From assembly GCA_963664195.1 (NCBI GenBank), contig OY760907.1:1056001-1120000 (forward strand): a DNA stretch of 64,000 bases. Direction: 5' to 3'. The position numbers were made by a program, and so were the translations under genes. Of the stretch, positions 1 to 9,522 are shown one piece after another. Under the pieces are notes generated by a model, which did no database searches, had not been told where the DNA came from, and saw only the letters and a list, made by a program, of their open reading frames with translations. Source of the stretch: an uncultured candidate division Zixibacteria bacterium. GTDB taxonomy: Bacteria > Zixibacteria > MSB-5A5 > GN15 > FEB-12. Positions within the stretch are counted from its first letter, which is position 1. Each line of letters begins with the position of its first letter.

Positions 1-2
1 CA

Positions 3-824
3 TCGGAGGATCCGGTCGGGGGATCAGGACTGATTGAAACGACCGAGACGCTCGTCTCTGCCGAAACAGCCGGTCGCATGACGAAGCGGTTTTTCGACGA
101 GGGCCGGACAGTCAGCATCGGTGACACACTCGCTGTCATCGACCCCAGCCATCTCGAACTGCAACTGGCCTCGGCCAAAGCCGGCAAAACCGTACTAGCG
201 ACCAACCTTGAGACCGCGCGCCTGAAAGTGAACCAGGCCGCCTCCGCCCAGAGATTCGCCGAGACCGAACTGGAGAGAGTGAAGAGGTTGCTGAATTCCG
301 GAACCGCGACAAAGCGTCAGTTTGATCAGACTGAGTTCGAGCACACGCAGGCAGGCATCGCTCACCAAACGGCACGCGCCGGAGTGGCCACACTGGAGGC
401 AGAGTTGACGCGGGTCGATGTCGAGATCAAACGGCTTGAACGCCTGATCAGCGACTGCTATCCTGTGGCCCCGACCAACGGCGTCATTGTCGAGAAGTAC
501 GTAAACCCGGGTGAACTCCTTTCCCCCGGCAAACCTATTGCCAAAATCGCGCAGTTGGATACGGTGGAGGTCAAGGTCTACCTCACCGCTGGGGTTTTCG
601 CCAACCTCACGCTCGGCACCATCGCCACGGTCAGCACAGAATCGGGCGGCACAGACCACTCCGGAACGGTTATCTGGACTTCAGAGGAAGCCGAGTTCAC
701 GCCCAAAAACGTACAGACCGCACAGTCGCGCGCCGACCTCGTCTACGCAGTCAAGATCAGTATCCCCAACCCGGATCGGACGCTCAAAGTCGGCATGCCC
801 GTCTTTGTTACGCTGGAGCAATAA
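3..824 (+). CDS. HlyD-family efflux membrane-fusion protein (YbhG-like), 5'-truncated by window edge
   Basis: Frame is open from position 3 (..GSGLIETTETLVSAETAGRM..); coiled-coil hairpin and the AEFTPKNVQT..R..LVY.VK motif typical of YbhG; first gene of an ABC-2 operon. Confidence 0.9.
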   Translation, partial: SEDPVGGSGLIETTETLVSAETAGRMTKRFFDEGRTVSIGDTLAVIDPSHLELQLASAKAGKTVLATNLETARLKVNQAASAQRFAETELERVKRLLNSGTATKRQFDQTEFEHTQAGIAHQTARAGVATLEAELTRVDVEIKRLERLISDCYPVAPTNGVIVEKYVNPGELLSPGKPIAKIAQLDTVEVKVYLTAGVFANLTLGTIATVSTESGGTDHSGTVIWTSEEAEFTPKNVQTAQSRADLVYAVKISIPNPDRTLKVGMPVFVTLEQ

Positions 825-1738
825 TGGCTTTCCTGACGGTGGACAACGTATCCAGATCGTACGAAGGCACTCCGGCGCTGATAGGCTTTTCGCTGGAGGT
901 GAACCCGGCAGAAATCTACTCGCTGGTGGGACCTGACGGCGCCGGCAAAACGACGTTAATCCGAATCCTTTGCCGTCTTATAGATCCGGACAAGGGATCC
1001 GTCACGGTCGACGGTCTGGACATCTCGAAGTCATTTGAGAAGGTCAAGTCGATCCTCGGATACATGCCACAGCAATTTTCGCTCTATCCTGACCTGTCGG
1101 TCGAGGAAAACCTCATATTCTACGCCGGACTGTTTGGTGTCACCGGCAAGGCGTACCGTGAGAAACGAGACTACCTGTACGAGTTCTCGAATCTCGCCCC
1201 CTTCGCAAAACGGCGCGCCGCCGCACTCTCGGGCGGTATGAAGCAAAAACTAGCGCTGTCCTGTGCGCTAATCCATGAGCCGAAACTGCTCATACTCGAC
1301 GAGCCGACGACCGGTGTCGACCCACTCTCGCGCCGCCAGTTCTGGGATATCCTGCTGAATCTCAAGGAGCAGGGGGTGGCGATCCTTGTGTCAACCCCGT
1401 ACATGGACGAGGTTGCCCGGTGTGATCGCGCATGTTTTGTATTCGGCGGCAGGAAGCTCTCCGAAGGCTCCCCGGATCAACTCGCAGACCAGTTCTCGGG
1501 CGAAATCTACTACCTCAACCGTGAGCCTTCCACACGGCTGATCGCCGATCTAAACGCTGTCGAAGGCATCGCCGCCAGTCGGTTCGGGGCCGGACTGCAT
1601 CTGTATCTTGCTGAGGGGGACGATATCGACTTGTACAAAGAGACTCTCCGCACACTCGACGTTGATACGTCTGAAGCGCTCGAGATTCCGCCGGGACTCG
1701 AAGATCGGTTCATTCAACTTATGGATACTAAAGCGTGA
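824..1738 (+). CDS. ABC transporter ATP-binding protein
   Basis: Walker A GPDGAGKTT, signature LSGGMKQK, Walker B LILDEP. Confidence 0.95.
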   Translation: MAFLTVDNVSRSYEGTPALIGFSLEVNPAEIYSLVGPDGAGKTTLIRILCRLIDPDKGSVTVDGLDISKSFEKVKSILGYMPQQFSLYPDLSVEENLIFYAGLFGVTGKAYREKRDYLYEFSNLAPFAKRRAAALSGGMKQKLALSCALIHEPKLLILDEPTTGVDPLSRRQFWDILLNLKEQGVAILVSTPYMDEVARCDRACFVFGGRKLSEGSPDQLADQFSGEIYYLNREPSTRLIADLNAVEGIAASRFGAGLHLYLAEGDDIDLYKETLRTLDVDTSEALEIPPGLEDRFIQLMDTKA

Positions 1739-2496
1739 GCACCGCCGAAACGACATCCCGGTATGCGGTTGAGATTGACAATCTCACTCGACGGTTTGGT
1801 GATTTTACCGCGGTCAATCGCATATCGCTGAACGTTGAATACGGCGAGATATTCGGGTTCCTCGGAGCCAACGGTGCCGGCAAGACGACAGCTATCCGTA
1901 TGCTCTGCGGTCTATTGATGCCTTCTGAAGGGAATGGCAAGGTGGCGGGTTTTGATGTCACCTCACAGCCGGAATCAATCAAGAGGAACATCGGGTATAT
2001 GTCGCAGAAGTTCTCGCTATATCCGGATTTGACCGGGAGGGAGAATCTTGAATTCTATGGCGCTGCCTACGGTCTCGGCAACGGGGATATCAAAAGACGG
2101 ATCGGCGAACTGTCCGAACGCCTGGAGTTGGCGGAATTCATCGACGAGCTATCCGGCAAACTCCCGGTCGGCTGGCGGCAACGTCTGGCACTCGCCGCGG
2201 CACAATTGCATGAACCGCGTATTCTTTTTCTCGATGAGCCAACCGGAGGCGTCGACCCGGTCTACCGTCGGCATTTCTGGAGTCTCTTGTACGAACTGGC
2301 TGACGAGGGCGTGGCGATATTCGTCACGACACACTATATGGACGAGGCTGAATACTGCGGCCGCATCTCGATCATGCATCGAGGTGAGATCATCAAACTC
2401 GGCAAACCGTATGAACTGATCCAGAGTCACAACGCACATAACCTCGAGGATATGTTCGTCACCCTGATCCAGAGTCGGGAGCAGAAGCATGCGTAG
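1735..2496 (+). CDS. ABC transporter ATP-binding protein
   Basis: GANGAGKTT, degenerate signature LPVGWRQR (as in the second YbhF domain), LFLDEP; GTG start overlapping the upstream stop. Confidence 0.95.
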   Translation: MSTAETTSRYAVEIDNLTRRFGDFTAVNRISLNVEYGEIFGFLGANGAGKTTAIRMLCGLLMPSEGNGKVAGFDVTSQPESIKRNIGYMSQKFSLYPDLTGRENLEFYGAAYGLGNGDIKRRIGELSERLELAEFIDELSGKLPVGWRQRLALAAAQLHEPRILFLDEPTGGVDPVYRRHFWSLLYELADEGVAIFVTTHYMDEAEYCGRISIMHRGEIIKLGKPYELIQSHNAHNLEDMFVTLIQSREQKHA

Positions 2497-3595
2497 GATC
2501 AAGTTTGTCGCACAGAAAGAAATCTACCACATCCTTCGCGATATGCGGTCACTGCTGATTGCGTTCGCCATGCCGATCCTGATGGCGTTCCTCTACGGCT
2601 ACGCGATCAATATGGATATTGAAAACGTCACCATTGCCGTGGTGGACTTTGACAAGACAAGCGAGTCGCAGGAACTCATTGATCGCTTCTACAAATCGAC
2701 CTATTTTTCAATGGCCGACGAGCCGGTCGATCTCGCAAACCCCGAGCACATCCTGAGATCGGGGGAAGCGACAGCCATACTCTATATCACTCCTGGATAC
2801 GGTGAGGCCCTCACGAAAGGTTCTGAGTTTGAGCTGGGGATGACCGTCGACGGTGCCGATGCCTCGCTCGCCCTGGCGGTACAGGCCTACTCGAATGAGC
2901 TGCTGGCGGAAGTCATGCGTGACCGTCTGCCCGAAGGCATGGAAATCCCCGGAGTCGCGATCTCTCAGCAGATACTCTACAACCCGGATTTGGAATCGGC
3001 GCACTTTTTTGTGCCGGGGCTGGTAGCGATCATACTCATGCTGATTTCAGCGCTGCTGACCTCAATCACCATCGCCCGCGAAAAGGAAACGGGCACGATG
3101 GAGCAACTCCTCACCGCTCCGGTCAAGCCGCACGAAATCCTGATCGGAAAACTGCTTCCCTATATTGCGGTGGCGTTTCTGGACGGTATCTTCGTGCTCC
3201 TGTTCGCCTGGCTCGTGTTCGACGTGCCTTTTGTCGGCTCGGAGGTTTTGATGCTCGGCTTCGGTCTGGTGTATGTCACGACGGCGCTGTCGATCGGCAT
3301 TCTCATATCAGCAATCTCGAAAACTCAGCAAATCGCCATGATGCTTGCGATGACTACCACGCTACTTCCCTCGGTCATGCTGTCCGGTTTCATTTTCGCC
3401 GTAAAGAACATGCCCGGCTTGTTGCAGGCCATCAGCACGATTATCCCGGCGACGTATTTCGTGAAGATCATTCGAGGCATCATGCTCAAGGGGGCCGGAC
3501 TCGAAGTCATGGCGATTCAAGGTGGCGGGCTGGTTGGCCTGATGCTGCTGTTCATGTTCATCGCCGCACGCAAATTTAGCACACGGATAGGGTAA
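2489..3595 (+). CDS. ABC-2 type transporter permease (YbhS-like)
   Basis: N-terminal TM, extracytoplasmic loop, YNP..S..F.VPG and REKETGTMEQL motifs, multiple TM helices. Confidence 0.92.
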   Translation: MRRIKFVAQKEIYHILRDMRSLLIAFAMPILMAFLYGYAINMDIENVTIAVVDFDKTSESQELIDRFYKSTYFSMADEPVDLANPEHILRSGEATAILYITPGYGEALTKGSEFELGMTVDGADASLALAVQAYSNELLAEVMRDRLPEGMEIPGVAISQQILYNPDLESAHFFVPGLVAIILMLISALLTSITIAREKETGTMEQLLTAPVKPHEILIGKLLPYIAVAFLDGIFVLLFAWLVFDVPFVGSEVLMLGFGLVYVTTALSIGILISAISKTQQIAMMLAMTTTLLPSVMLSGFIFAVKNMPGLLQAISTIIPATYFVKIIRGIMLKGAGLEVMAIQGGGLVGLMLLFMFIAARKFSTRIG

Positions 3596-3599
3596 CCCC

Positions 3600-4712
3600 A
3601 TGTTTCGCGCATACATCGGATTGATCAAGAAGGAAATCAAGCAGATACGGCGCGACCCTATCATGCTGCGGATTATTTTCATCGCGCCCGTCTTTCAGTT
3701 ACTGCTGCTCGGCTATGCGATCAATGTCGACGTCAAACTGCTGGCCGCCGATGTCTACGACTACGACCAGAGTCAACACTCGCGGGAGTTCATTAAGTCG
3801 TTTGGTGCCGGAGAGTATTTCATCACAAGTGAACGCATCACCTCGCCCGGACAACTCCCCCTCTGGGACCTGGAAGAACGATTCAAAGGTGGCGACGCCG
3901 CAATTGCGGTGATCATACCGGAAGACTTCTCGAAACAACTGACGGCCGGAAAACAGACCACTGTTGGGATGATTACCGACGGTGCCGATGCCAACGCCGC
4001 CCGTTCTGGAATCGGGTATGCCTCGCAGATTGTCAGACAATACTCCCAGCGTGTGACCGGTATGTCAATGCCCCTTGAGATGCGACACAGGTTTCTCTAC
4101 AACCCGGAGCTGGAGTCGGTCTGCTACATGGTGCCGGGCATTGTCGCCACGCTGCTTACAATGGTCACCGTCATGCTTACCTCCATGGCAATTGTGCGTG
4201 AGCGCGAAACCGGCACTCTGGAGCAGATTTCAGTGACGCCGATCAGTGGCACGGTCCTGCTTATGGGCAAGGTCACCACCTTCGGTATTCTCGGACTGCT
4301 AGAGATGGCAATTGCAATGGCGGTCGGGGTGTTATGGTTCGGCATTCCGTTTGTCGGCTCGCCGCTGTTGTTATTTGGTCTGTCGGCTCTCTACCTGCTG
4401 ACGACGCTCGGCATGGGAATGTTTTTCTCGACTGTGACGTCCACTCAGCAGCAGGCAATGTTCTTTGCCTGGTTTTTCACGATCTTCACAATTCTGACGG
4501 CCGGCTTTTTCACGCCGATCTCGAACATGCCCGGGTGGATGCAGGCGGTAACGTTGATTAACCCGATGCGGTATTTCATGGAGATCATGCGCGGGATCAT
4601 GCTAAAGGGCGCAAGCGTATCTGACTTGCTTGACCAGATCGTGGCGATAGCTATTTACGGCGTAACGATTTTCACACTCGCGGCCTTGCGCTTCAGAAAG
4701 CGGACGGAGTAG
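3600..4712 (+). CDS. ABC-2 type transporter permease (YbhR-like)
   Basis: YNPELES..YMVPG and RERETGTLEQI motifs, multiple TM helices. Confidence 0.92.
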   Translation: MFRAYIGLIKKEIKQIRRDPIMLRIIFIAPVFQLLLLGYAINVDVKLLAADVYDYDQSQHSREFIKSFGAGEYFITSERITSPGQLPLWDLEERFKGGDAAIAVIIPEDFSKQLTAGKQTTVGMITDGADANAARSGIGYASQIVRQYSQRVTGMSMPLEMRHRFLYNPELESVCYMVPGIVATLLTMVTVMLTSMAIVRERETGTLEQISVTPISGTVLLMGKVTTFGILGLLEMAIAMAVGVLWFGIPFVGSPLLLFGLSALYLLTTLGMGMFFSTVTSTQQQAMFFAWFFTIFTILTAGFFTPISNMPGWMQAVTLINPMRYFMEIMRGIMLKGASVSDLLDQIVAIAIYGVTIFTLAALRFRKRTE

Positions 4713-4769
4713 GCCTGCTGTGGGCGGCAGATGCTAATCTCTTACCCCTTGTGACGCAGCAACCGGCAT

Positions 4770-4803
4770 TCGTAGCGCAGGTCTGTCTTCAGACCGGCGA
4801 GGA
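4770..4803 (+). repeat. REP-like palindrome, family E
   Basis: CGTAGCGCAGGTCTGTCTTCAGACCGGCGAGGA; near-identical inverted copy at 62063-62096; GTAG head. Confidence 0.75.
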
Positions 4804-4830
4804 CAATCACGAACTCACAAATCATTTACG

Positions 4831-4859
4831 TTGAAAGACCGGCTTCGCGGTCATACATT
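4831..4859 (+). promoter_or_regulatory. sigma70-like promoter
   Basis: TTGAAA-17 nt-TACATT upstream of the peptidase S51 gene. Confidence 0.5.
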
Positions 4860-4895
4860 GTGTGATTGTGAATGGTGCTCGTTGAGGATAATACT

Positions 4896-5648
4896 ATGTA
4901 CTCAAAGTTCCTAATCGGCGGCGGCTGGGATTCAGACGGTTGCGCACTGACCTACGGTCCCTTCCTGAAAGCGGCGACCAAATCCACTCGAAAGATACTC
5001 GTTATCGCTGCCTCGGCAGAGAAAGAGGGCGAGACAAGTCTGAGAGATCATTGTGCGGTCTTTGAGAAACTCGGTGTGAGTTCAAGTGAGATTGCGCCGC
5101 TTGTCGTCACCCCTGCTAATCCTTTGACAATAGAGATGGTCGAGACCGTCAAGCCGACCGGGCTGTTTGTCTGCGGCGGGACGACCCCAATCTACCAGGA
5201 AGCACTCTGCGTAACACGGGATTGGCTGGATTATCTGCAGCAAGAGCAGGTCCCCTACGCTGGTTTCTCCGCCGGGTCAGCTATCGCCGCGCCCTCGGCC
5301 ATTGTGGGCGGGTGGCAGGTTGAAATCGATGGGAAGGCTGTCGCTATGCTGGATGACGAACTGGCCGAAGACCTGGACAAACTCGAAGTACGCCCCGGGT
5401 TGGGGATGTTCCCGCACGCTGTCGACGTACATGCCAGCCAGTGGGGCACGCTGACGCGCCTGATCCACGCCGTCGACCAGGGTATGGTCAGCGAAGGGTT
5501 TGCAATAGATGAAAACACCATGTTGGCAGTGGTGAACAAGAACGTGACCGTGCGCGGTCTGGGACACGTGTATCACGTTGAGAGGACCGGGGAGGGTGAA
5601 GTGAAAGTGAGCATGTACCGGGCGGGAAGGGAATGGTCGCTCAGATGA
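4896..5648 (+). CDS. Peptidase S51 / cyanophycinase-like protein
   Basis: LIGGG, FVCGG, GFSAGS nucleophile elbow, VDVH..QWG..RL and IDENT motifs; ATG 4896 follows GAGGA. Confidence 0.8.
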   Translation: MYSKFLIGGGWDSDGCALTYGPFLKAATKSTRKILVIAASAEKEGETSLRDHCAVFEKLGVSSSEIAPLVVTPANPLTIEMVETVKPTGLFVCGGTTPIYQEALCVTRDWLDYLQQEQVPYAGFSAGSAIAAPSAIVGGWQVEIDGKAVAMLDDELAEDLDKLEVRPGLGMFPHAVDVHASQWGTLTRLIHAVDQGMVSEGFAIDENTMLAVVNKNVTVRGLGHVYHVERTGEGEVKVSMYRAGREWSLR

Positions 5649-5716
5649 CCCCTCACGGGAGCATTTCGCCGCGTATCCCTTTTCTACTGATCGAATCGAG
5701 CCCGTTCACCAATCAA

Positions 5717-5795
5717 GTCAGTCTGAGCTTGTCGAAGACTGCAACACTTGATTGGTCTTTGAACAGGGTCCACACTTCGACAGGCTCAGTGTGAC
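5717..5795. repeat. Inverted pair of REP-like repeats, family F
   Basis: GTCAGTCTGAGCTTGTCGAAGACT (5717-5740) and inverted ACACTTCGACAGGCTCAGTGTGAC (5772-5795); another copy at 23789-23812. Confidence 0.75.
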
Positions 5796-5947
5796 ATATT
5801 AGCAGCCCCGGTATTGCACACTCATCCGGCAAATCTGCGCCCTGCGGTGAAGAACACGCTGTGCTCTTCGGATGATTCCTCCGGGAACATTTCGCTGCGC
5901 ATCTCCTTTCTAGTACTTAGAAAATCGAAACAGGAGGATTTCCAGAT

Positions 5948-6418
5948 ATGACAGTTGAAAATGGAACAAAGGCGCCAATGTTCACCCTTCCCGATCAGGA
6001 TGAAAACAAGACCGCCCTCAAAGATTTCGCCGGAAAGTGGGTCGTGCTCTATTTCTATCCCAAAGACGACACCCCCGGGTGTACTACCGAAGCCTGCGAG
6101 TTCACGACCAGCCTCAAGGCTTTCGACAAACTGAACGCCACCGTTCTCGGGGTCAGCCGAGACTCGGCAGAAAGACACCAGAAGTTCATCGCCAAGTACG
6201 ACCTCAAAGTCACCCTGCTCTCCGACCCGGACCACAAGGTCATGGAGAAGTACGGTGCCTGGGGCGTTAAGAAAATGTACGGCAAAGAGGTCGAGGGAGT
6301 GATTCGCAGCACCTTCCTGATCGACCCGTCGGGCAAGATCGCCCACGCCTGGAAAAGCGTCAAGGCGGCCGGCCACGCCAACAAAGTGCACCAAAAGCTA
6401 CAGGAATTGTTGAAGTAG
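5948..6418 (+). CDS. bcp: Thioredoxin-dependent thiol peroxidase (BCP/PrxQ)
   Basis: YFYPKDDTPGCTTEAC motif, RSTFLID; AGGAGG RBS. Confidence 0.95.
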   Translation: MTVENGTKAPMFTLPDQDENKTALKDFAGKWVVLYFYPKDDTPGCTTEACEFTTSLKAFDKLNATVLGVSRDSAERHQKFIAKYDLKVTLLSDPDHKVMEKYGAWGVKKMYGKEVEGVIRSTFLIDPSGKIAHAWKSVKAAGHANKVHQKLQELLK

Positions 6419-6486
6419 GTGTTCTCGTAGACACATTCAATCGAGATTTTTGTTGCTCCGGTTGATCGCACACCGTAACTACCTAC

Positions 6487-6852
6487 ATGCCTAGACGTGT
6501 GCAGAAAAAAAGACCTTCCCTGCTTTCACCGGCCGGGAGTCTTATCAAAAAACTCTCCGAAACGGACAAGAGACACCGGCGCAAAGCGTTGAAGATATCC
6601 CTGTGGGTAGTAACGCTGATGTTTACGTATTCGCTCTGTTTCGGCACGTATAGCATCCCGCGCGTGGTGAAACTGTCTCTTCGCAAGAGCGCCCTGGTCG
6701 AGTCCAACCGTGAGCTGACCGCCCGCTTGATCGACGGTGCCCGTGAGCGAGAGCTGCTCCGGAGCGACGCGACGTATATCGAACAGGTCGCCCGCAGCCG
6801 CTATTTTATGGTTCGTCCCGGCGAGACTGTTTATCGCTACCGTAGCCGGTAA
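6487..6852 (+). CDS. Septum formation initiator family protein (FtsB/DivIC-like)
   Basis: Single TM, coiled coil, YIEQVARSRYFMVRPGETVY C-terminal motif. Confidence 0.8.
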   Translation: MPRRVQKKRPSLLSPAGSLIKKLSETDKRHRRKALKISLWVVTLMFTYSLCFGTYSIPRVVKLSLRKSALVESNRELTARLIDGARERELLRSDATYIEQVARSRYFMVRPGETVYRYRSR

Positions 6853-6857
6853 CTGCC

Positions 6858-7646
6858 ATGGCGCTGGACAAATCCGAAGCCGTTATCCTGAAGATGTTCA
6901 ACTGGTCGGAGTCCTCGCGGACTGTGGTCTTTTTCACGCGTAAATTCGGCAAGATGGCCCTGATAGACCGTGGCGGCAGATCGCTCAAGTCCAAGCGGGG
7001 ACGTCTCTTGCGGTTCGCGCGGCTTGATCTGACCCTCTACAATTCGCAAAAGGAAACCAGCGGGTACATCTCCGATGTCGAGGCGCTACGGGTATTCTCA
7101 CTGGAAAAAGACGGCGGCCTCGGCCGACTTGCCTACGGATCGGCAGCCTGCGAACTGCTGTATATTCTGCTCCCGGAAAGCGAACAGCAATCCTCGCTTT
7201 ACAGTTACCTCCTGAGCTATCTGGAAAAACTCGAGCGGGTGGATAAGAAGTACCTTCCGGCGTTGTTTCTCACGTTCCTATTGCGGGTCATGTCGCAACT
7301 GGGATACCATCCCTCCCTGGCCTTCTGCGCCGGATGCTCCAAAAACTGGTCCGATATGCCGCAGGACGAGGGCAAACTGCTCTTTTCCGCTCAGCGCGGC
7401 GGGCTGGTCTGTCCCTCTTGCCAAAAACCGGGAGAGTATTATATTGGCCTTTCCGCAGGCGACGTGAAATCGCTTACGGTACTTCAGCGGGCATCTCTTG
7501 ACGAGGCGGCCGCAGTGCCAATGGGGTACCAGGGAGCCACGTTCCTGATTGAGACGCTGGCTGATTTCCTGAAGTTCCATTCCGGGTTGCTCTCAGAGCT
7601 GAAATCGCTGGAGTTTCTCGAAAAACTGAAGAATACGCAACTGTAA
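6858..7646 (+). CDS. recO: DNA repair protein RecO
   Basis: EAVILK...ESSR.V.FFT..FGK N-terminus; LGYHPSL..CAGC..GGLVCPSC zinc finger; next to glyQS. Confidence 0.92.
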   Translation: MALDKSEAVILKMFNWSESSRTVVFFTRKFGKMALIDRGGRSLKSKRGRLLRFARLDLTLYNSQKETSGYISDVEALRVFSLEKDGGLGRLAYGSAACELLYILLPESEQQSSLYSYLLSYLEKLERVDKKYLPALFLTFLLRVMSQLGYHPSLAFCAGCSKNWSDMPQDEGKLLFSAQRGGLVCPSCQKPGEYYIGLSAGDVKSLTVLQRASLDEAAAVPMGYQGATFLIETLADFLKFHSGLLSELKSLEFLEKLKNTQL

Positions 7647-7659
7647 TAGAAAGACTGCT

Positions 7660-8997
7660 ATGAGTGCCAAGAAGACCGAAGACACAATGGACAAAATCGT
7701 ATCGCTGTGCAAACGGCGCGGCTACGTCTACCCCTCGTCGGAAATATACGGCGGCATGAGTTCCTGCTGGGACTACGGTCCCCTTGGCGCTGAACTCAAG
7801 AGAAACATCAAATCCTTCTGGTGGGAAGCAATGACGAACCGTCGCGACGATGTCGAAGGGCTGGACTCCGCGATCTTCATGCACCCCCAGGTGTGGCACA
7901 CTTCGGGCCATGTCGCCGAGTTCTCCGATCCGATGATCGACTGCAAAACCTGCAAGGGTCGGTTCCGCGCCGACCAATTGAGCCAGTGCCGCTGCCTGAA
8001 TAAGCCGTCGAAAACCCCGCTGGAGTGCGGCGGCGAACTGACCGAGGCGAAGAATTTCAATCTAATGTTCCGTACCAACATGGGACCGGTTGAGGACAGC
8101 TCGTCGGAAATGTACCTTCGTCCCGAAACGGCCCAGGGGATCTACGTCAATTTCTTGAACGTGAAAAACTCTTCGCGCCAGAAGGTGCCGTTTGGTATCG
8201 CCCAGATAGGCAAGGCCTTCCGCAACGAAATCACCCCCGGCAATTTCATCTTCCGCACCCGCGAGTTTGAACAAATGGAAATGCAGTTCTTCGTCCATCC
8301 GGAAGAAGACGAAAAGTGGTTCGAGTATTGGCAGCAACAGCGCTGGGAATGGTACAAGGCACTCGGCATAAAGACGGAGAAACTCCGCTGGGCACCGCAC
8401 GATGCCGACAGTCTGGCGCACTACGCCAAAGCTGCTACGGACATCGAATACGAGTTCCCCTTTGGCTGGCAAGAACTTGAAGGCGTCCATAACCGCACCG
8501 ACTTCGATCTGACCCGTCATATGGAAGCAACGAAAAAAGACCTGCGCCATTTCGACGAAGCCCGCAAGGAGAAGTACCTGCCGTTCATCATCGAGACTTC
8601 AGCCGGCTGTGACCGGACAATCCTGACGGTGCTCGTCGATGCCTATGACGAGGTGGAGATCAAGGGTGAAAAACGCGTTTTCTTGCGGATATCACCGAAG
8701 GTCGCCCCGATCAAAGCAGCGATCTTCCCGCTCGTCAAGAAAGACGGCATGCCTGAGTACGCACAGAAGGTGTATGCGGAGCTAAAGAAGAAGTTCAAGG
8801 TGTTCTACGACGCGGCCGGTGCGGTGGGTCGACGTTACGCTCGTATGGACGAAGCCGGGTGTCCGTTCTGTATCACGGTCGACGGTCAGACGCTTGAAGA
8901 CGACACGATGACGGTTCGTGATCGCGACACGATGGAACAGAGCCGGATGAAGACGGCGGAGATCCTGGATTTCCTGGACAAGAAAGTGAACGGCTAG
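7660..8997 (+). CDS. glyQS: Glycine--tRNA ligase (alpha2 type)
   Basis: LCKRRG, EIYGG, YLRPETAQG, FRNEITP, FRTREFEQMEMQ, ELEG.HNR.DFDL motifs. Confidence 0.97.
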   Translation: MSAKKTEDTMDKIVSLCKRRGYVYPSSEIYGGMSSCWDYGPLGAELKRNIKSFWWEAMTNRRDDVEGLDSAIFMHPQVWHTSGHVAEFSDPMIDCKTCKGRFRADQLSQCRCLNKPSKTPLECGGELTEAKNFNLMFRTNMGPVEDSSSEMYLRPETAQGIYVNFLNVKNSSRQKVPFGIAQIGKAFRNEITPGNFIFRTREFEQMEMQFFVHPEEDEKWFEYWQQQRWEWYKALGIKTEKLRWAPHDADSLAHYAKAATDIEYEFPFGWQELEGVHNRTDFDLTRHMEATKKDLRHFDEARKEKYLPFIIETSAGCDRTILTVLVDAYDEVEIKGEKRVFLRISPKVAPIKAAIFPLVKKDGMPEYAQKVYAELKKKFKVFYDAAGAVGRRYARMDEAGCPFCITVDGQTLEDDTMTVRDRDTMEQSRMKTAEILDFLDKKVNG

Positions 8998-9019
8998 CAG
9001 GCCGTTCGACAGTCAAACG

Positions 9020-9054
9020 AAACGCCCGGTCTCGGAAGAGGCCGGGCGTTTTCT
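9020..9054. terminator. Bidirectional intrinsic terminator
   Basis: AAACGCCCGGTCTC-GGAA-GAGGCCGGGCGTTTT between convergent genes. Confidence 0.8.
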
Positions 9055-9097
9055 ATTCACACAAGATCGTGTACGCTCAATACAGTTCACCGGCGGG

Positions 9098-9355
9098 TCA
9101 CAGACTCCACACATGGCGTTCGAGCGCCTCGGCGATATCCTTTATCGTGGGGTACATAGTCGACTCTCTGCCGCGCGGCTTGCGACGAAGCTCTTTCAAC
9201 TCACGACCGTCGATAATCACCGTCGGCGACAGGACGTCTTCGTCCGTCTCAACGAGATTAGCCAGGACCCCCCGCTCCTTGATAAAACTCAGCAAGAAGT
9301 CTCGTGTCATTGTCTGCTGCGGATCTTTCCGCGAATAAATAAGACCTATATTCAT
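9098..9355 (-). CDS. Small hypothetical protein, possible thioredoxin/glutaredoxin-like fold without Cys
   Basis: AAGGA RBS; SPTVIIDG motif; no cysteine. Confidence 0.65.
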   Translation of the reverse strand: MNIGLIYSRKDPQQTMTRDFLLSFIKERGVLANLVETDEDVLSPTVIIDGRELKELRRKPRGRESTMYPTIKDIAEALERHVWSL

Positions 9356-9522
9356 CGTACATCCTTATACAATCCAGTTTACACAAGTCGTTTCGGCGGA
9401 TCAACAATAACTGGCATATCTTCTACGAGAATGTGGTCTCCAAATGTCAAAAAATCGTCAGGGAAACACTAGAATTCGATTCTAAATGATACTGGGCGGA
9501 CTGATCGGATGCAGAATGAGCA

